DNA of 64,000 nt from Malacoraja senta (Eukaryota), in NCBI GenBank assembly GCA_038087875.1, contig JAXLNO010000618.1:250001-314000 (forward strand). Direction: 5' to 3'. Positions 25,348 through 38,515 of the stretch are shown here, piece after piece. The position numbers and the translations under genes were made by a program. How positions within the stretch are numbered: position 1 is the stretch's first letter; the number at the start of each line of letters is the position of its first letter. Below the pieces are notes generated by a model. The model had not been told where the DNA came from and did no database searches. It saw only the letters and a program-made list of their open reading frames with translations.

Positions 25348-26255
25348 ATGTACATAAAGTATCTTTGGATTCTTCTTTGCCAGAGTTGACAACAAAATTG
25401 ATAAGTATATTAGGTAATGATAATTGTTGTCTAAGATTACAAAATCATGTTGATCAACCGGAAAGGTATGGAGGTGAGGGGATGGGAGGTGAGGGGGGGG
25501 GAAGGAATGCCAGTTGAAATCTAATTCAAACAAGTGTGATTTGATGCATTTTGGGAAGTCAAATCAGGCTGGCCAAATCTATTGCAGGATTGTAAATGGA
25601 GCTGTACCTTGGTGTACAATTACATAGTTCCCTGAAAATGGCATCATAGTTTGATAGGGTAGTGAAGGGAATATATGTCTGAAGAATCGCCTCAATCCAA
25701 AACATCACCCATTCCTTCTCTCCAGAAATATTGCCGCCGAGTCTCTCTAGCTTTTTGTGTCTATCTTCGGTTTAAATTAGCATCTGCTGTTCATTCCTAC
25801 ACAGAGTATATGTTATGCCTTGTGTTAAAGAAGGAACTGCAGATGCTGGAAAATCGAAGGTACACAAAAATGCTGGAGAAACTCAGCGGGTGCAGCAGCA
25901 TCTATGGAGCGAAGGAAATAGGTAACGTTTCGGGCCGAAACCCTTCTTCAGACTGATAGGGGGTGGGGAGAAGAAAGGAAAAAAGGAAAAAGGCGGAGGA
26001 GGAGCCCGAGGGCTGGGGGAGGGGAGGAGACAACCAGATGGCTGATGAAGGGGAGGGGACAGCAAGGGCTAGCAGAATTGGGAGAATTCAATGTTCAGGC
26101 CCCCATTATCACAGAGATGGGGCAGTTAGAGAGTTGGGTGTGGAACAGTCTCCGGAGAGAGGAGGAGAACTTCTTCAAAGTAGGCATACCTTGACGAGAT
26201 TTCGCAGTGGAGTAGACAAAGTGTTAAAGAAGGAACTGTCTCCCACGCATCGCCC

Positions 26256-28907
26256 GTGGACCCCGACTCTACTGCCCACGGACCCCGACCATCGGGTCCG
26301 CCGACCCTCGCCACTGCAACGCCCTCCAGCCCCACCGACCCCGACTCCACTGCCCACGGACCCCGACCATCGGGTCCGCTGACCCTCGCCACTGCACCTC
26401 CCTCCAGCAGCCCGCAGCCGTCGCCTCACCTGCAAACTGGACTCTGTACTGGGCCTGAAGCCTCCACGCTGCTCACTCCCACTCTCCGGGGTTTGACTCC
26501 ACTGGGTCCTAGCGCTAGTCTGCCTAGCCCTGGTTATCTCAGTGTTAGTTCCACTGATTCTTCCCCATCCCTCGCCAACTATGGGACCACTTCTCTTCCA
26601 CACCCACACCACTGCCCTCTCACCCCCCCACCCCCTGACCACCCACCACCCCCCCACCACACATCGCCTCGTCCCCATTACACCCACCTGCCTTCCTCCA
26701 GCCCCAACCCCCATCCCTGCCGGGTGTTCACCATCCCCCCCGACCTCCCCCTCTCCGACATCGAACGGTCTGTCCTCAGCAGAGGTCTTACCTTTGTCCC
26801 CCTCCGTCCCCATCTCAATGAGTTCCGTGCCCTCCATGACTTGGAACGCTTCTACCGTCGCCTCCGCCTCACAGCTCACTTCCATGGGAAGGAGTGCTCG
26901 CTCCCCACTGATGACCCCTTTTCCCGTCTCCAACGCACCCCATCCTCATGGAACCCCCCTCGTAGCCTTCCGGCTTTAGAACTCTTTATTAAAAACTGCC
27001 GCCGTATCATCAACCGCCTCAACTTCTCCACTCCCCTGTCTCACTCCAATCTCTCCCCCCCTGAACGCACTGCCATCGACTCACTCCGCAACAACCTAGA
27101 TTGGGTTATCAAACCCGCCGACAAGGGAGGTGCCGTGGTAGTCTGGCGCGTCGACCTCTACAAAGCTGAGGCCACGCGCCAACTCTCGGACACCTCTTCC
27201 TACTTACCCCTGGACCATGACCCCACTGACGAGCACCAGGCCACCATCTCCAGCCCCATCACCGACTTCATCCACTCCCACGCCCTGCCCGAACGAGCCT
27301 CAAACCTCATCGTTCCCCAGCCCCGCACAGCCCGCTTTTACCTTCTCCCCAAAATCCACAAACCTGACTGTCCCGGTAGACCCATTGTCTCTGCCTGTTC
27401 TTGCCCCACCGAACTCATCTCCACCTACCTCGACTCCAGCCTATCCCCCTTGGTTAAATCCCTCCCTACCTATGTTCAAGACACCTCAGACACTCTCCGT
27501 CATATCCGCGCATTCCACTCTCTAGGCCCTCACCCCCTCATCTTCACCATGGACGTCCAGTCACTGTACACCTCCATCCCCCACCAGGATGGTCTCGAAG
27601 CCCTCCGTTTTTTCCTCGACCGTGGAAGCAATCTATACCCGGCCACTGACACCCTCCTCCGCCTAGCGGAGCTGGTACTTACACTTAATAACTTTTCATT
27701 TGACTCCTCCCATTTCCTCCAAATACGAGGCGTTGCTATGGGCACACGCATGGGCCCCAGCTACGCCTGCCTCTTTGTCGGGTACGTAGAACAATCCTTG
27801 TTCGATGTGTACCAGGGCCCCATCCCCGACCTCTACCTCCGCTACATCGATGATTGTTTTGGTGCCACATCCTGCACCCACACACAACTGACTGACTTCA
27901 TCCGCTTCACCACCAACTTCCATCCGGCACTCAAATACACCTGGACCATTTCCGACACTTCCCTACCATTCCTTGACCTCACTATCTCCATCGCAGGTGA
28001 TAGAGTCCTTACCAACATCCATTACAAACCTACCGACTCCCATGGATATCTGGACTACACTTCTTCCCACCCTGCTTCCTGTAAGGACTCCATCCCCCAC
28101 TCCCAATTCCTCCGTCTACGCCGCATCTGCTCCCAGGATGAGGCGTTCCACACCAGGGCATCTGAAATGTCCTCATTCTTCAGGGAACGGGGGTTCCCCT
28201 CCTCCACCATAGATGAGGCTCGCACCAGGGTCTCTGCCATACCCCGCAACACTGCTCTCTCTCCCCATCCCCCCACTCACAACAAAGGCAGAGTCCCCCT
28301 AGTCCTCACCTTTCACCCCACCAGCCGTCACATACAACAAGTGATCCTCCGTCAGTTTCGCCACCTCCAACGTGACCCCACCACTCGCCACATCTTCCCA
28401 TCTCCCCCCATGTCTGCCTTCCGCAAAGACCGCTCCCTCCGTAACTCCCTTGTCAATTCTTCCCTTCCCTCCCATACCACCCCCTCCCCTGGTACTTTCC
28501 CTTGCAACCGCAAGAGATGCAACACTTGTCCCTTCACCTCCCCCCTCCACTCCATTCAAGGACCCAAGCAGTCGTTCCAGGTGCGACAGAGGTTCACCTG
28601 CATCTCCTCCAACCTCATCTATTGCATTCGCTGCTCTAGATGCCAGCTGATCTACATCGGTGAGACCAAGCGGAGGCTTGGCGATCGTTTCGCCGAACAC
28701 CTCCGGTCGGTCCGCAATAACCAACCTGAACTCCCGGTGGCTCAGCACTTCAACTCCCCCTCCCATTCCATATCTGACTTCTCTGTCCTGGGTCTCCTCC
28801 ATGGCCACAGTGAGCAACACCGTAAATTGGAGGAAATGCACCTCATATTCCGCTTGGGCAGTCTACATCCTGGTGGCCTGAACATTGAATTCTCCCAATT
28901 CTGCTAG
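26256..28907 (+). CDS. Penelope RT plus GIY-YIG endonuclease polyprotein (uninterrupted; native start not contiguous)
   Basis: IKPADKG, FYLLPKIHK, GRPIVS, MDVQSLYTSI, GVAMG, RYIDD, PFLD; GIY-YIG-type NLIYCIRC..C..IYIGET...RFAEH; terminal GLN motif. Confidence 0.92.
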   Translation: MDPDSTAHGPRPSGPPTLATATPSSPTDPDSTAHGPRPSGPLTLATAPPSSSPQPSPHLQTGLCTGPEASTLLTPTLRGLTPLGPSASLPSPGYLSVSSTDSSPSLANYGTTSLPHPHHCPLTPPPPDHPPPPHHTSPRPHYTHLPSSSPNPHPCRVFTIPPDLPLSDIERSVLSRGLTFVPLRPHLNEFRALHDLERFYRRLRLTAHFHGKECSLPTDDPFSRLQRTPSSWNPPRSLPALELFIKNCRRIINRLNFSTPLSHSNLSPPERTAIDSLRNNLDWVIKPADKGGAVVVWRVDLYKAEATRQLSDTSSYLPLDHDPTDEHQATISSPITDFIHSHALPERASNLIVPQPRTARFYLLPKIHKPDCPGRPIVSACSCPTELISTYLDSSLSPLVKSLPTYVQDTSDTLRHIRAFHSLGPHPLIFTMDVQSLYTSIPHQDGLEALRFFLDRGSNLYPATDTLLRLAELVLTLNNFSFDSSHFLQIRGVAMGTRMGPSYACLFVGYVEQSLFDVYQGPIPDLYLRYIDDCFGATSCTHTQLTDFIRFTTNFHPALKYTWTISDTSLPFLDLTISIAGDRVLTNIHYKPTDSHGYLDYTSSHPASCKDSIPHSQFLRLRRICSQDEAFHTRASEMSSFFRERGFPSSTIDEARTRVSAIPRNTALSPHPPTHNKGRVPLVLTFHPTSRHIQQVILRQFRHLQRDPTTRHIFPSPPMSAFRKDRSLRNSLVNSSLPSHTTPSPGTFPCNRKRCNTCPFTSPLHSIQGPKQSFQVRQRFTCISSNLIYCIRCSRCQLIYIGETKRRLGDRFAEHLRSVRNNQPELPVAQHFNSPSHSISDFSVLGLLHGHSEQHRKLEEMHLIFRLGSLHPGGLNIEFSQFC

Positions 28908-29023
28908 CCCTGGCTGTCCCCTCCCCTTCATCAGCCATCTGGTTGTCTCCTCCCCTCCCCCAGCCCTCGGGCTCCTCCTCCGCCTTTTCCTTCTTTCCTT
29001 TCTTCTCCCCACCCCCTATCAGT

Positions 29024-29051
29024 CTGAAGAAGGGTTTCGGCCCGAAACGTT
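29024..29051 (+). ncRNA. Minimal type I hammerhead ribozyme-like motif in the Penelope pLTR (mirror copy at 25924-25951, - strand)
   Basis: CUGAAGA-(A)GGG-loop-CCC-GAAAC-GUU; PLE pLTRs are known to carry minimal hammerheads. Helix I pairing is short. Confidence 0.6.
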
Positions 29052-30469
29052 ACCTATTTCCTTCGCTCCATAGATGCTGCTGCACCCGCTGAGTTTCTCC
29101 AGCATTTTTGTGTACCTTCGATTTTCCAGCATCTGCAGTTCCTTCTTTAACAACATGTTATGTTATGTATATGTTATGCCTTGTTTCCTCAGCCATGGTA
29201 CTGAGGACTAGGGTTGGGGTGTCATGTTACAGTTGTACAGAATGTTGAACAGGCAACCATTAATCTGTCCAGGGGCTCAGCTGATTTGTTGCACAATAGA
29301 CCCTAATCCAAGGTCTGAACTCTGAAAGGAAAATCAAGAAATTCAAGTTGCCACTCATCCATGGACTGAATAACAAAACACATCTTTGTTTTGCTTATCT
29401 GGCTTGAGAACTCTTAACATTGATCTATTTTCCTTCATAGTGTAGTCCATTTATAAACTGGCCATCCCCAGACATCCTGTGTCCACACTGTTTTCCAAGG
29501 GCACCTCGCCTATTTTCAGCTCTGCTCTCAACAATTATCAATCACATTATCCCTCTCTCTATCTATCATCGCTCTCCATCTCACTATATATATATATCTC
29601 TCTATCTCCCTATCTCTCTCCATCTATTTATCTCTCCATCTCTCATCCCTCAGCTCTATCTCTCTTTCCTTCATCTCTTTCATTTCTGCAAATTGAAATG
29701 ATTAATCAGTCTGAGAGCACTGTGTGTGACTGAATGACATCAGAGCATCAGTCCCTGAGGCATACCAATGGTCACAGGCTTCCTATGTAAAAAAAACAAC
29801 CCTCCACTACCATTCTCTGACTCCTACCACCAAGCCAACTTTGTGTCCAATTGACTAGCTCACCCTGGATCCCATGTTTTCCAACCTAATGGACCAGCCA
29901 CCCATGTGGGGCCTTGCTGAAGGATGGCATGGTGGCATAGTCGTAAGGCTACTGCTTTACAGTGCCAGAGATCTGGGTTCAATCCTGACTACAAGTGCTT
30001 TCCTATATGGAGTTTGTACGTTCTCCCCCGTGACCTGCGTAGGTTTTTTCCAAGATCTTCGGTTTCCTCCCACACTCCAAAGACGTACAGGTTTGTACGT
30101 TAATTGGCTTGGTATAAAAGGTAAAATTACCCCTAGTGTGTGTAGGGTAGCGTTAAAATGCGGGGATCGCTGGTCGGTGCAGGCCCGGTGGGCTGTTTCC
30201 TCGCTGTATCTCTAAACTAAACTAAACATAGACAACATCTGTCATCCAATCACACACTGGGCAATTTACAAAATTCAATTAACCAACCAACTCGCATGTC
30301 TTTGAGATATAGGAGGAACGGAGCATTTGGTGGAGATCCACGTGTCATCGGGAGAACAAGAAAATGATACACGTTGTACCCGAGATCAGGATTGAATCCA
30401 AGTTGCTGTAGCAGAGGGGCACCAAATCTGCCAGTTGCCTCAATGTACTGCCTTTTAAAAAGAAAATTC

Positions 30470-30783
30470 AAAGCCTGTCCCACTGTACGAGGTAATTCAA
30501 GAGCTCTCCCGAGTTAAAAAAATTAAACTCGTGGTAAGCACGTAGAATGTACGTAGCGGGTACGTCGGAGCTCGGGAAGTCTCCTAGCGGCTCGTAACGC
30601 TAACGGCAGGTACTCGGGAAACGCAGTAAGCTCGTGAAGACTCGTGAAGATTTTTCAACATGTTGAAAAATGTCCACGAGAGCCCAAAGTACCTACGAGC
30701 AGCTATTACCGTAATTCTACGAGTTCGAATCAGGGGAAACTCGGGAGAACTCTTGAATTAGCTCGTACAGTGGGACAGGGCCT
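30470..30783 (-). mobile_element. Second copy of the Harbinger-like MITE, inverted relative to 14124-14428
   Basis: Same CCTGTCCCACTGTACGAG TIRs; interior is the reverse complement of the first copy. Confidence 0.85.
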
Positions 30784-33700
30784 TTAAGCTGTGTCTGCGT
30801 TGTCCAAGCACACACTCTCAGGGCAGAATTAGTTTAGTTTAGTTTAGAGATACAGCATGGAAACAGGCCTTTCGGCCTACCAAGTTTGCGAAGACCAATG
30901 ATCCCTTTACATTGGCACTATCCTACACACACTAGGTACAAATTACAATTTACAAACCAATTAACCTACAAACCTGTACGTCTTTGGAGTGTGGGAGGAA
31001 ACTGGAGCACCCAGAGAAAATCCATGCGTTCACCCAACATACAAACACCGTGCAGACCGCACCCATAGTCAGGATCGAACCCTGGTGTCTGTTGCTATAA
31101 GGCAGCAACTCTACCGCTGCGTCACCCTGCCGCCCCTAAGTATAGATATAGGGAAAGATACAGCAGCCTGAAAACCGTGACAACCAGATTCAAGAATAGC
31201 CTCTTCTCAGCAAACATCAGGCTCTTCAACACCGCACAAAACTAACTTCAGCATCTATGATCATCTACGGACTGTCTTTGAATGTACTATGAATTTAGTT
31301 TTTTGCACTATTATGATAGTCCAGTATTACAGTTATTAATTTATTGTTTTATTGGTTGTTTTATATTATCTCTGTGTTATTGCAGTTACATGCAGGTGAA
31401 GCTGCAGCAAGTAAGAATTTTGTTGTTCTATTGTTGATACATATGACAATTAAACGACTCTTACCTCACATTTGATTTTGGGTAAAGCTCACTCCATATT
31501 ACACCCATCATACACTCGGGAAAAGTACAAGGAACAAGTACATGTTTAAGAAAGAACTGCAGATGCTGGAAAAATCCAAGGTGTACAACTTGATGTTTGA
31601 ATTATGTTCTTCAACCAGTTTAGACCAGTTTAGTTTAGAGATACAGCACGGAAACAGGCCCTTCGGCCCCACCGAGTCTGTGCTGACCAGCGATCCCCGC
31701 ACACTAACACTATCCTACACATACACAGGGGGACAATTTACAATCTTTACCAGAAACCAATTAACCTACAAACCTACTCTCTCTCTCTCTCTCTCCCTCC
31801 CTCCTTCTCCCCCTCCTTTTTCCTCTCCATCCCACCCTCAATACACCAAACGACAACACAAACCTACTCCGGAAGCAACATTGGGCGTTTCGCCCTCCAC
31901 CCGAACGCCTGAGACCCACCGTCCCACGTTGCCAGCGCCGGTGCCCCTCCCCTCCCCTGCCGCCGGAAGCGCCTTTGTGGACAACAAAGATACTCGAGGA
32001 CAAAGTGTTGAAGAAGGAACTGCAGATCAAAGATTATATGGCGGATCCTCTAGTATCTTTGCTGCAGATGCTGGAAAATGGAAGGTAAACAAATGCTGGA
32101 GAAACTCAGCGGGTGCAGCAGCATCTATGGAGCGAAGGAAATTTTCTGAATTTTGTCGGTGAAGAAGGAGGCAAAACTGCCATAGACAATAGGGGCAGGA
32201 GGAGGCCATTCGGCCCTTCGAGCCTGCACTGCCATTCATTGTGATCATGGCTGATCGTCCCCTATCAATAACCCATGCCTGCCTTCTCCCCATATCCCTT
32301 GACTCAACTAGCCCCTAGAGCTTTATCTAACTCTCTTAAATCCATCCAGTGATTTGGCCTCCACTGCCCTCTGTGGCAGGGAATTCCACAAATTCACAAC
32401 TCTCTGGGTGAAAAAGTTTGTTGTCACCTCAGTCTTAAATGGCCTCCCCTTTATTCTAAGATGTATGTATTCTGGGATTCATGTATAGCCTTTCCACTGA
32501 CTGGATAGCCCACACCAAAAAACCTCTTCACTGTTGGTCCGGCAAAACAGATAATCCAGAAAGGCTCTGGAACCAAGGATGCTGGAAAATCAGTAGTGGA
32601 GATAACAGATATTGAAGGTAAATATCCTGTATGCCTTCTTTACCACCTTAAATGTTGCCAATTTCAAGGATCCTCATACTCCAGAGTCCCCATTCCTCAA
32701 TACTCCGTTGGAATCCACCATTCCCTACGCATTCCCACCGTGAATAGCCCTCACCAAGTACTTCACCTCACACTGGTGAGGAATATAGTCTATCTTCCAT
32801 TGTTCTACCTACGGCATGTGTGTGCCTTTAAGAAATGTGTCCCGGGCCTCCTCCTTTGCCAGATTGAGGCTGTACACAACATGGAGGAACAACTTACTAC
32901 CCAGTGATGTAAACATTGGATTCTCTGAGTTAAGGTAACTTCTACATATGCTCCCCTTCCTACTCTCCTCCCCCCCCCCCCTCCACCCTCCCACCTCCTT
33001 CTTGCACTAAAAGTCAGTTAACTAGTTCCACAGTTCACAATATATTCCTCAGATTCACACCATCCCTAGCAGATAATCAGCCTTTCAGTGAGATATAGCT
33101 CTAAGAGCTAACAGAATGAAGGGATATGGGGAGAAAGCAGGAACGGGGTACTGATTCTGGATGATCAGCCATGATCATATTGAATGGCTCAAAGGGCCAT
33201 ATGGCCTACTCCTGCACCTATTTTCTATGTTTCTGTACTGTCCTTGCCTGAGGTAATCTGTTGCCGGTCCTGATTTGTCCTGGTCCTTTCTTGCTTCCAA
33301 TCCACCCCCTCCCACGCACAATCAGTCCGAAGAAGGGTCCTGATCCGAAACGTCACCTATCCATGTTCTCCAGAGATGCTACCTGTCCCGCTGAGTTACT
33401 CCAACACTCTGTGAAACGTCACCTATCCATTTTCTCCAGAGATGCTGGCTCACCTGCTGAGTTACTCCAGCACTTTGTGTCTATCATTAAGAACCTTTGG
33501 TGCGACAGACCCTGGTTCGATCCTGACTACGGGTGCTGTCTCTACGGAGTTCGTATGTTCTCCCCGTGACCGCGTGGGTTTTCTCCGGTTTCTTCCCACA
33601 TCCCAAAGACATGGAGGTTTGTAGGTTAATTGGCTTCTGTACATTGTCCCTAGTGTGTAGGATGATCATTGGCTGGAGCGGACTCAGTGGGCCGAAGGAC

Positions 33701-34399
33701 CTGTTTCCACGCTGTATCACTCAACTAAACTAATTATTTGGTTTTGCAAAGCTTGAAGATGTAAGAGAAAATAAGGTGGAGTAATCTCCAAAGTTTAAAA
33801 GTTTTAATGTATCTGAGAACCAAGTGAAAATAGAATGGGAACACAGGGAATGTTGATGTTGGAATCTGGAGCAAAACACAAAGTGCTGGAGTAACTCAGC
33901 AGGTTAGGCAGCATCTGTGGAAGGAATGGGCAGGCAAAGTCATTAGAATGGGCATCCAAAGATGTACAGATTATTGGCTTCAGTAAATTGGCCCAAGTGT
34001 TTAGGATAGTACTAGTGTACAGGTGATCGCTGGTAAGCGTGGACTCGGTGGGCCGAAGGGCCCATTTCCACGCTGTATCTCTGAAAGCAAAACTAAAAGG
34101 TATGTAGCATGACTTTTGCGACGTTTTGCATCAGCATCTTTTGATCATTTCAGTGTTCATCAGGGTTAAACACTGTTTGACAAGCAGTTTAGAAGCATAA
34201 TTAGATCACAATATAGGAAGAGTTTACAGACCATACATGAGAAGACCATACATGAGAAGTTGCACATTCCACGACTATTCATGTTTAAAAGAACATATTA
34301 ATCAAAATGCTAAACTGATTTCTGGACTTGTTGTGAATCTCACTTCTCCAATTCATTTGGATCATTAGACTATTTATGGGAAACATCTGTCTAACCAGA

Positions 34400-34650
34400 A
34401 CCAGCGACGGCTGGTAGGGTGGAAGGTGAGGACAAGGGGGATTCTGTCCTTGTTATGAGTAGGGGGATGGGGAGTGAGAGCAGAACTGCGGGATATAGAG
34501 GAGACCCTGGTGAGAGCCTCATCTATAATCGAAGAGGGGAACCCCCGTTCCCTAAAGAATGAGGACTTCTCCGATGCCCTGGTCTGGAACACCTCATCCT
34601 GGGTGCAGATGCGGTGTAGACGGAGGAATTGGGAGTGGGGGAGGAATGGG
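34400..34650 (-). mobile_element. Penelope ORF fragment
   Basis: PHSQFLRLHRICTQDEVF...RERGFPSSII...RIPLVLTFHP. Confidence 0.85.
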
Positions 34651-35414
34651 TAGAAGGGAGAATATGAAAACAAAGAACTGCTGATGCTGGACATAAAATG
34701 CTGGAGTAACTCAGCAGGTCAGACAGCATCTCTGGTTAGAAGGAATGGGTGACGTTTCGGGTCGAGACCCTTCTTCAGACTGCTCCACTGCAGATGCTGG
34801 TCTACACAAAATATCTGAGTGGGACAGTATCTCTGGAGAACATGGATAGGCAATGTTTTGGGTCGGTAATAATGTTAATTGTATCCCTTCGTTATAACCA
34901 CTTCCCCAGCCAACAATGGGCCATTATGGGCTCCACCCTTCCTTGGTCACCTGTTGCTGGCCCTGATTTGTTCTATATTGGTCCGTGTGTTTAAGAGAGT
35001 TAGATTTAGCTCTTAGGGCTAATGGAATCAAGGGATATGGGGAGAAATCAGGAACAGGGTATTGATTTTGGATGATCAGCCATGATCATATTAAATGGCG
35101 GTGCTGGCTCAAAGGTTCGAATGGCCTACTCCTGCACCTATTTTCTATGTTTCTATTCTATTCTTACCTCCAATTCCCTCCCCTCTATTTTGTCTGTAGG
35201 AGAGTCCCGATCCGAAACGTCACCCACGTTAGAGCTGCTGCCTTACAGTGCCAGAGACCCAGGTTCGATCCACACTATGAGTGCTGTCTGTATGGAGTTT
35301 TACGTTCTCCCCGTGACCTTTGTGGGATTTCGCCAAGTGCTCCGGTTTCCTCCCACATGCCAAAGACGCTAGGGTTTTAATTGGCTTCGGTAAAAATTAT
35401 AAATTACCCCGAAT

Positions 35415-35950
35415 TGGTAAAGCTGCATCAATCTTCAGATAAATGCAGCCAACATGGTCTAGTGGTGGGATACCCAAGATGCTAAAAGTCAAACTCTTCC
35501 AGTCCGCAGTCCTCCCTACAGCCCTCTGTGCCACTGACACATGGAAAATCAATGTGAAGATGAAAAAGAAATTGGATGCATCCCAACAACGTTGCTTGAG
35601 GAGGATCCTGAAGACTAGCTACAGAGACCACATCACAAACGAGGAGATCTACCGGGAAACTGCAACAAAGCCTCTCAGCCAGGACATGGAGGGACGCAGG
35701 ATGAAATCTGCAGGACATGTACTCAGAATGTCACCAGAACGTGCACCTAAGATAGCAATGACATGGCAAGCTGACGGAAGAAGGAAAAGAGGCCGAACAA
35801 AACTCACATGAGGTGAACATTCTGGTAGGATTTGGAAGCCCGGGACGCTAACCTATCGAGGGTGGAAGACGTCGCACATAACCGAACAGAATGGCGAAAG
35901 CTTGCTGCCCAATGCACTCAACAGTGTGGGAGGAACTAAGTCTAAGTATG
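35415..35950 (+). mobile_element. RTE-clade LINE 3' fragment inserted in a SINE
   Basis: KVKLFQSAVLPT...QRCLRRIL...DHITNEEI...GHVLRM...GRRKRGR; tail TAAGTCTAAGT. Confidence 0.85.
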
Positions 35951-36339
35951 TAAGTGTGTGTAGGATAGCGTTAGTGTGCAGGGATCGCTAATCGGCATGG
36001 ACCCGGTGGGCTGAAGGGGCCGGTTTCCGTGCTGTATATCTAAACAAAACAAAAAAATTACCCATCGTTTTTCTCCAGATATGTTGCCCGGCCCATTGAG
36101 TAACTCCAGCACTTTGTGTCTATCACGATAATGTTATTGAAGGGAGTTACCATAAATAGTGCGTGAACAGCTTATTGGGAAATCAGGCTTGTGCTTGGAT
36201 CTGTGATGTGTAAGAGATGGCTGTACTCCCAATACCTAATCCATACCATGGAACCAAACTCAGAACAAATAAACAACATGCAGAGAGCAGCGGTTAAGGT
36301 CAGAGCAGAAAAATAACAGCAGCCAAAGCCTTGTGCCTT

Positions 36340-36644
36340 AAAACTCTCAAAACTTTATTTCAAAAAACAAATTGATGAAATTCATTTATAATAGCTATTT
36401 TCTTAAACAACAAATTAAAAACAAGGAATATTGAAAACTATTTACAAAAGTATACACACAGAAAGTTTCACTGATACCACAGGCAATTTGTGTTTAACAT
36501 CTGTGTCCAATACCGTAGATACATTTTCTTTTTACATTAATGCACTCAATGCTGAGAGAAAGTGCCGAGATTTTGAAACTTTCATGTAGGTGGTGGTTTG
36601 GGGCAGTCCGTGTCTGATGAACATGTTAGTTACCGGTGCTTCAG
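36340..36644 (-). other. Putative terminal exon with 3' UTR and polyadenylation signal of a minus-strand gene
   Basis: Minus strand: long polypyrimidine tract, then ccttag|CTGAAGCACCGGTAA; AATAAA at 36359-36354 with a GU-rich element downstream; non-repetitive AT-rich UTR-like sequence. Confidence 0.55.
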
Positions 36645-36752
36645 CTAAGGTGATGAAGGAAGAGAAGGAAGAAAAAAAAAAGAGAGAGAGAGAGAAATTA
36701 GTGAAGAGTGAAAGAGAGAGAGAGAGAACAATTAGTGAAGAGCGAGTGTGTG

Positions 36753-36784
<32 letters not shown>

Positions 36785-38515
36785 AGAATTAGTGAAGAAC
36801 GAGTGTGTGAAGAGAGAGAGAGAGAGAGTGAGGGGGTGAGTGAGAGTAAATGGATGAGAGTGAGTGAGAGTAAGTGAGTGAAGAGTGAGTGAGAGTGTGA
36901 GTGGGTGAGAGAGTGAGTGTGAAGATTGAGTGAGAGTGAGTGGGATTAAACAAGTGAGTGAAGTGTGAGTCATTGAGAGTGAGTGTGAGTAAGTTAGTGT
37001 GAATGAGTGATAGTGAGTGAGCGAGTGAGCAGGTGAAAGTGACTGTGAGAGAAAGTGTGAGTGTGTGTGTGAGTGAGAGTGAGTGAGTGAGTGGGTGAGT
37101 GAGAGAGTGGGTGAAGAGTGAGAGAGTGGGTGTGTGAGAGTGAGTGTGTTAATGTGAGAGTGAGTGAAAGTGGGAGTGAGAGAGTGAGTGTGATTGAGTG
37201 AGAGTGAGCGTGAATGAGTGGGTGAAGGGTGAGTGAGTGAAGAGTGAGTGAGATTGTGAGAGTGAGTGCATGAGTGAGTGAAGAGTGTGAGAGAGTGAAT
37301 GAGTGGGTAAGTGAGTGAGAGTAGGTGAGTGAGAGTGATTGGGTGAGTGAGCGTGAGTGAAAGTGAGTGAGAGCATGAGTGAGTAGGTGAGTCAGTTGGT
37401 GAAGAGTGGGTGGGTGAGTGAATAAGTGGGTGAAGAGTGAGTGGGTGAAGAATGACTGGGTGAACATTGAGTGAGTGCGTGGGTGAAAGTGAGTGTGAGT
37501 GAGAGGGTGAGTGAGAGTGGATGGGGGAGTGAGGATGAGTGAGAATGTGTGAATGGGTGAGAGTGAGTGAGAGTTAGTGTGAGTGGGTGAGTGAGTGAGT
37601 TGGTGAGTGAGTGAGAATGAGTGAGTGGGTGAGAGAGTGAGTGTAAGTGAGTGAGAGAGTGAGTGAGTGAGTGGGTGAAGAGTAAGTGGGTGAAGAGTGA
37701 GTGAGTGCGTGGGTGAGTGAAAGTGAGTGGGTCAGAATGAGTGGGTGGGAGTGAGTGAGAGTTAGTGAAAGTGAGTGGGTGAGTGAGAGTTAGTGGGTGA
37801 GTGAGTGAGTGAGAGTGAGTGGGTGAGAGTGGGTGAGTGAGTGTGAGTGGGTGGGTGAGTGAGTGAGAGTGAGTGGGTGAGTGAGTGAGAGTGGGTGGGT
37901 GTGAGAGAATGAGTGAGTGAAAGTGAGTGGGTGAGTGAGAGTAAGTGGGTGAAGAGTGAGAGTGAGTGAGTGAGTGAGAGTGAGTGAGTGTGAGTGGGTG
38001 AGAGTGGGTGGGTGAGTGAGTGAGAGTGGGTGAGTGAGTGAGAGTGAGTGGGTGAAGAGTAAGTGGGTGAAGAGTGAGAGTGAGTGAGTGCGTTGGTGAG
38101 TGAGTGAGAGTGTGGGTGAGTGAGAGTGTGTATGTGGGTGACTGAGAGTGAGTGGGTGAGAGTGAGAGTGTGAGTGAGTGAGTGAGGGTGAGTAAAAGTG
38201 AGTGCGTGAGTGAAGAGTGAGTGAGAGTGTGAGTGAGTGGGTGAGAGGGAGTGAGTGGGTGAGTGAGTGACGAGTGAGAGTGAGAAGAGTCAGTGATTGA
38301 AGAGTGAGTGGGTGAGGAGTGAGTGAGTGGGTGAGTGAAGAGTGAGTGAGTGTGAGTGGTTGAGTGTGAGTGAGAGAGTGAGTGAGAGTGAGCGAGTGAG
38401 TGAGAGAGTGAGAGTTAGTGGGAGAGTGAGAGTGAGTGAGTGAGATTGAGTGTGGGTGAATGAGAGTGAGTGAGTGAGTGAGAGATGGAATGTAAATAAA
38501 GTTGAAGCGGGAGAT

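Larger units (their letters stand above)
25823..29152 (+). mobile_element. Penelope-like retroelement with ~280-bp inverted pseudo-LTRs
   Basis: 25823-26101 is the reverse complement of 28875-29152; flanking direct repeat GTATATGTTATGCCTTG at 25806-25822 and 29167-29183. Confidence 0.95.

Noticed and set aside
26175..28841. Minus-strand ORFs overlapping the Penelope ORF
   Set aside because: Antisense by-products of the C-rich coding strand, with no recognisable motifs
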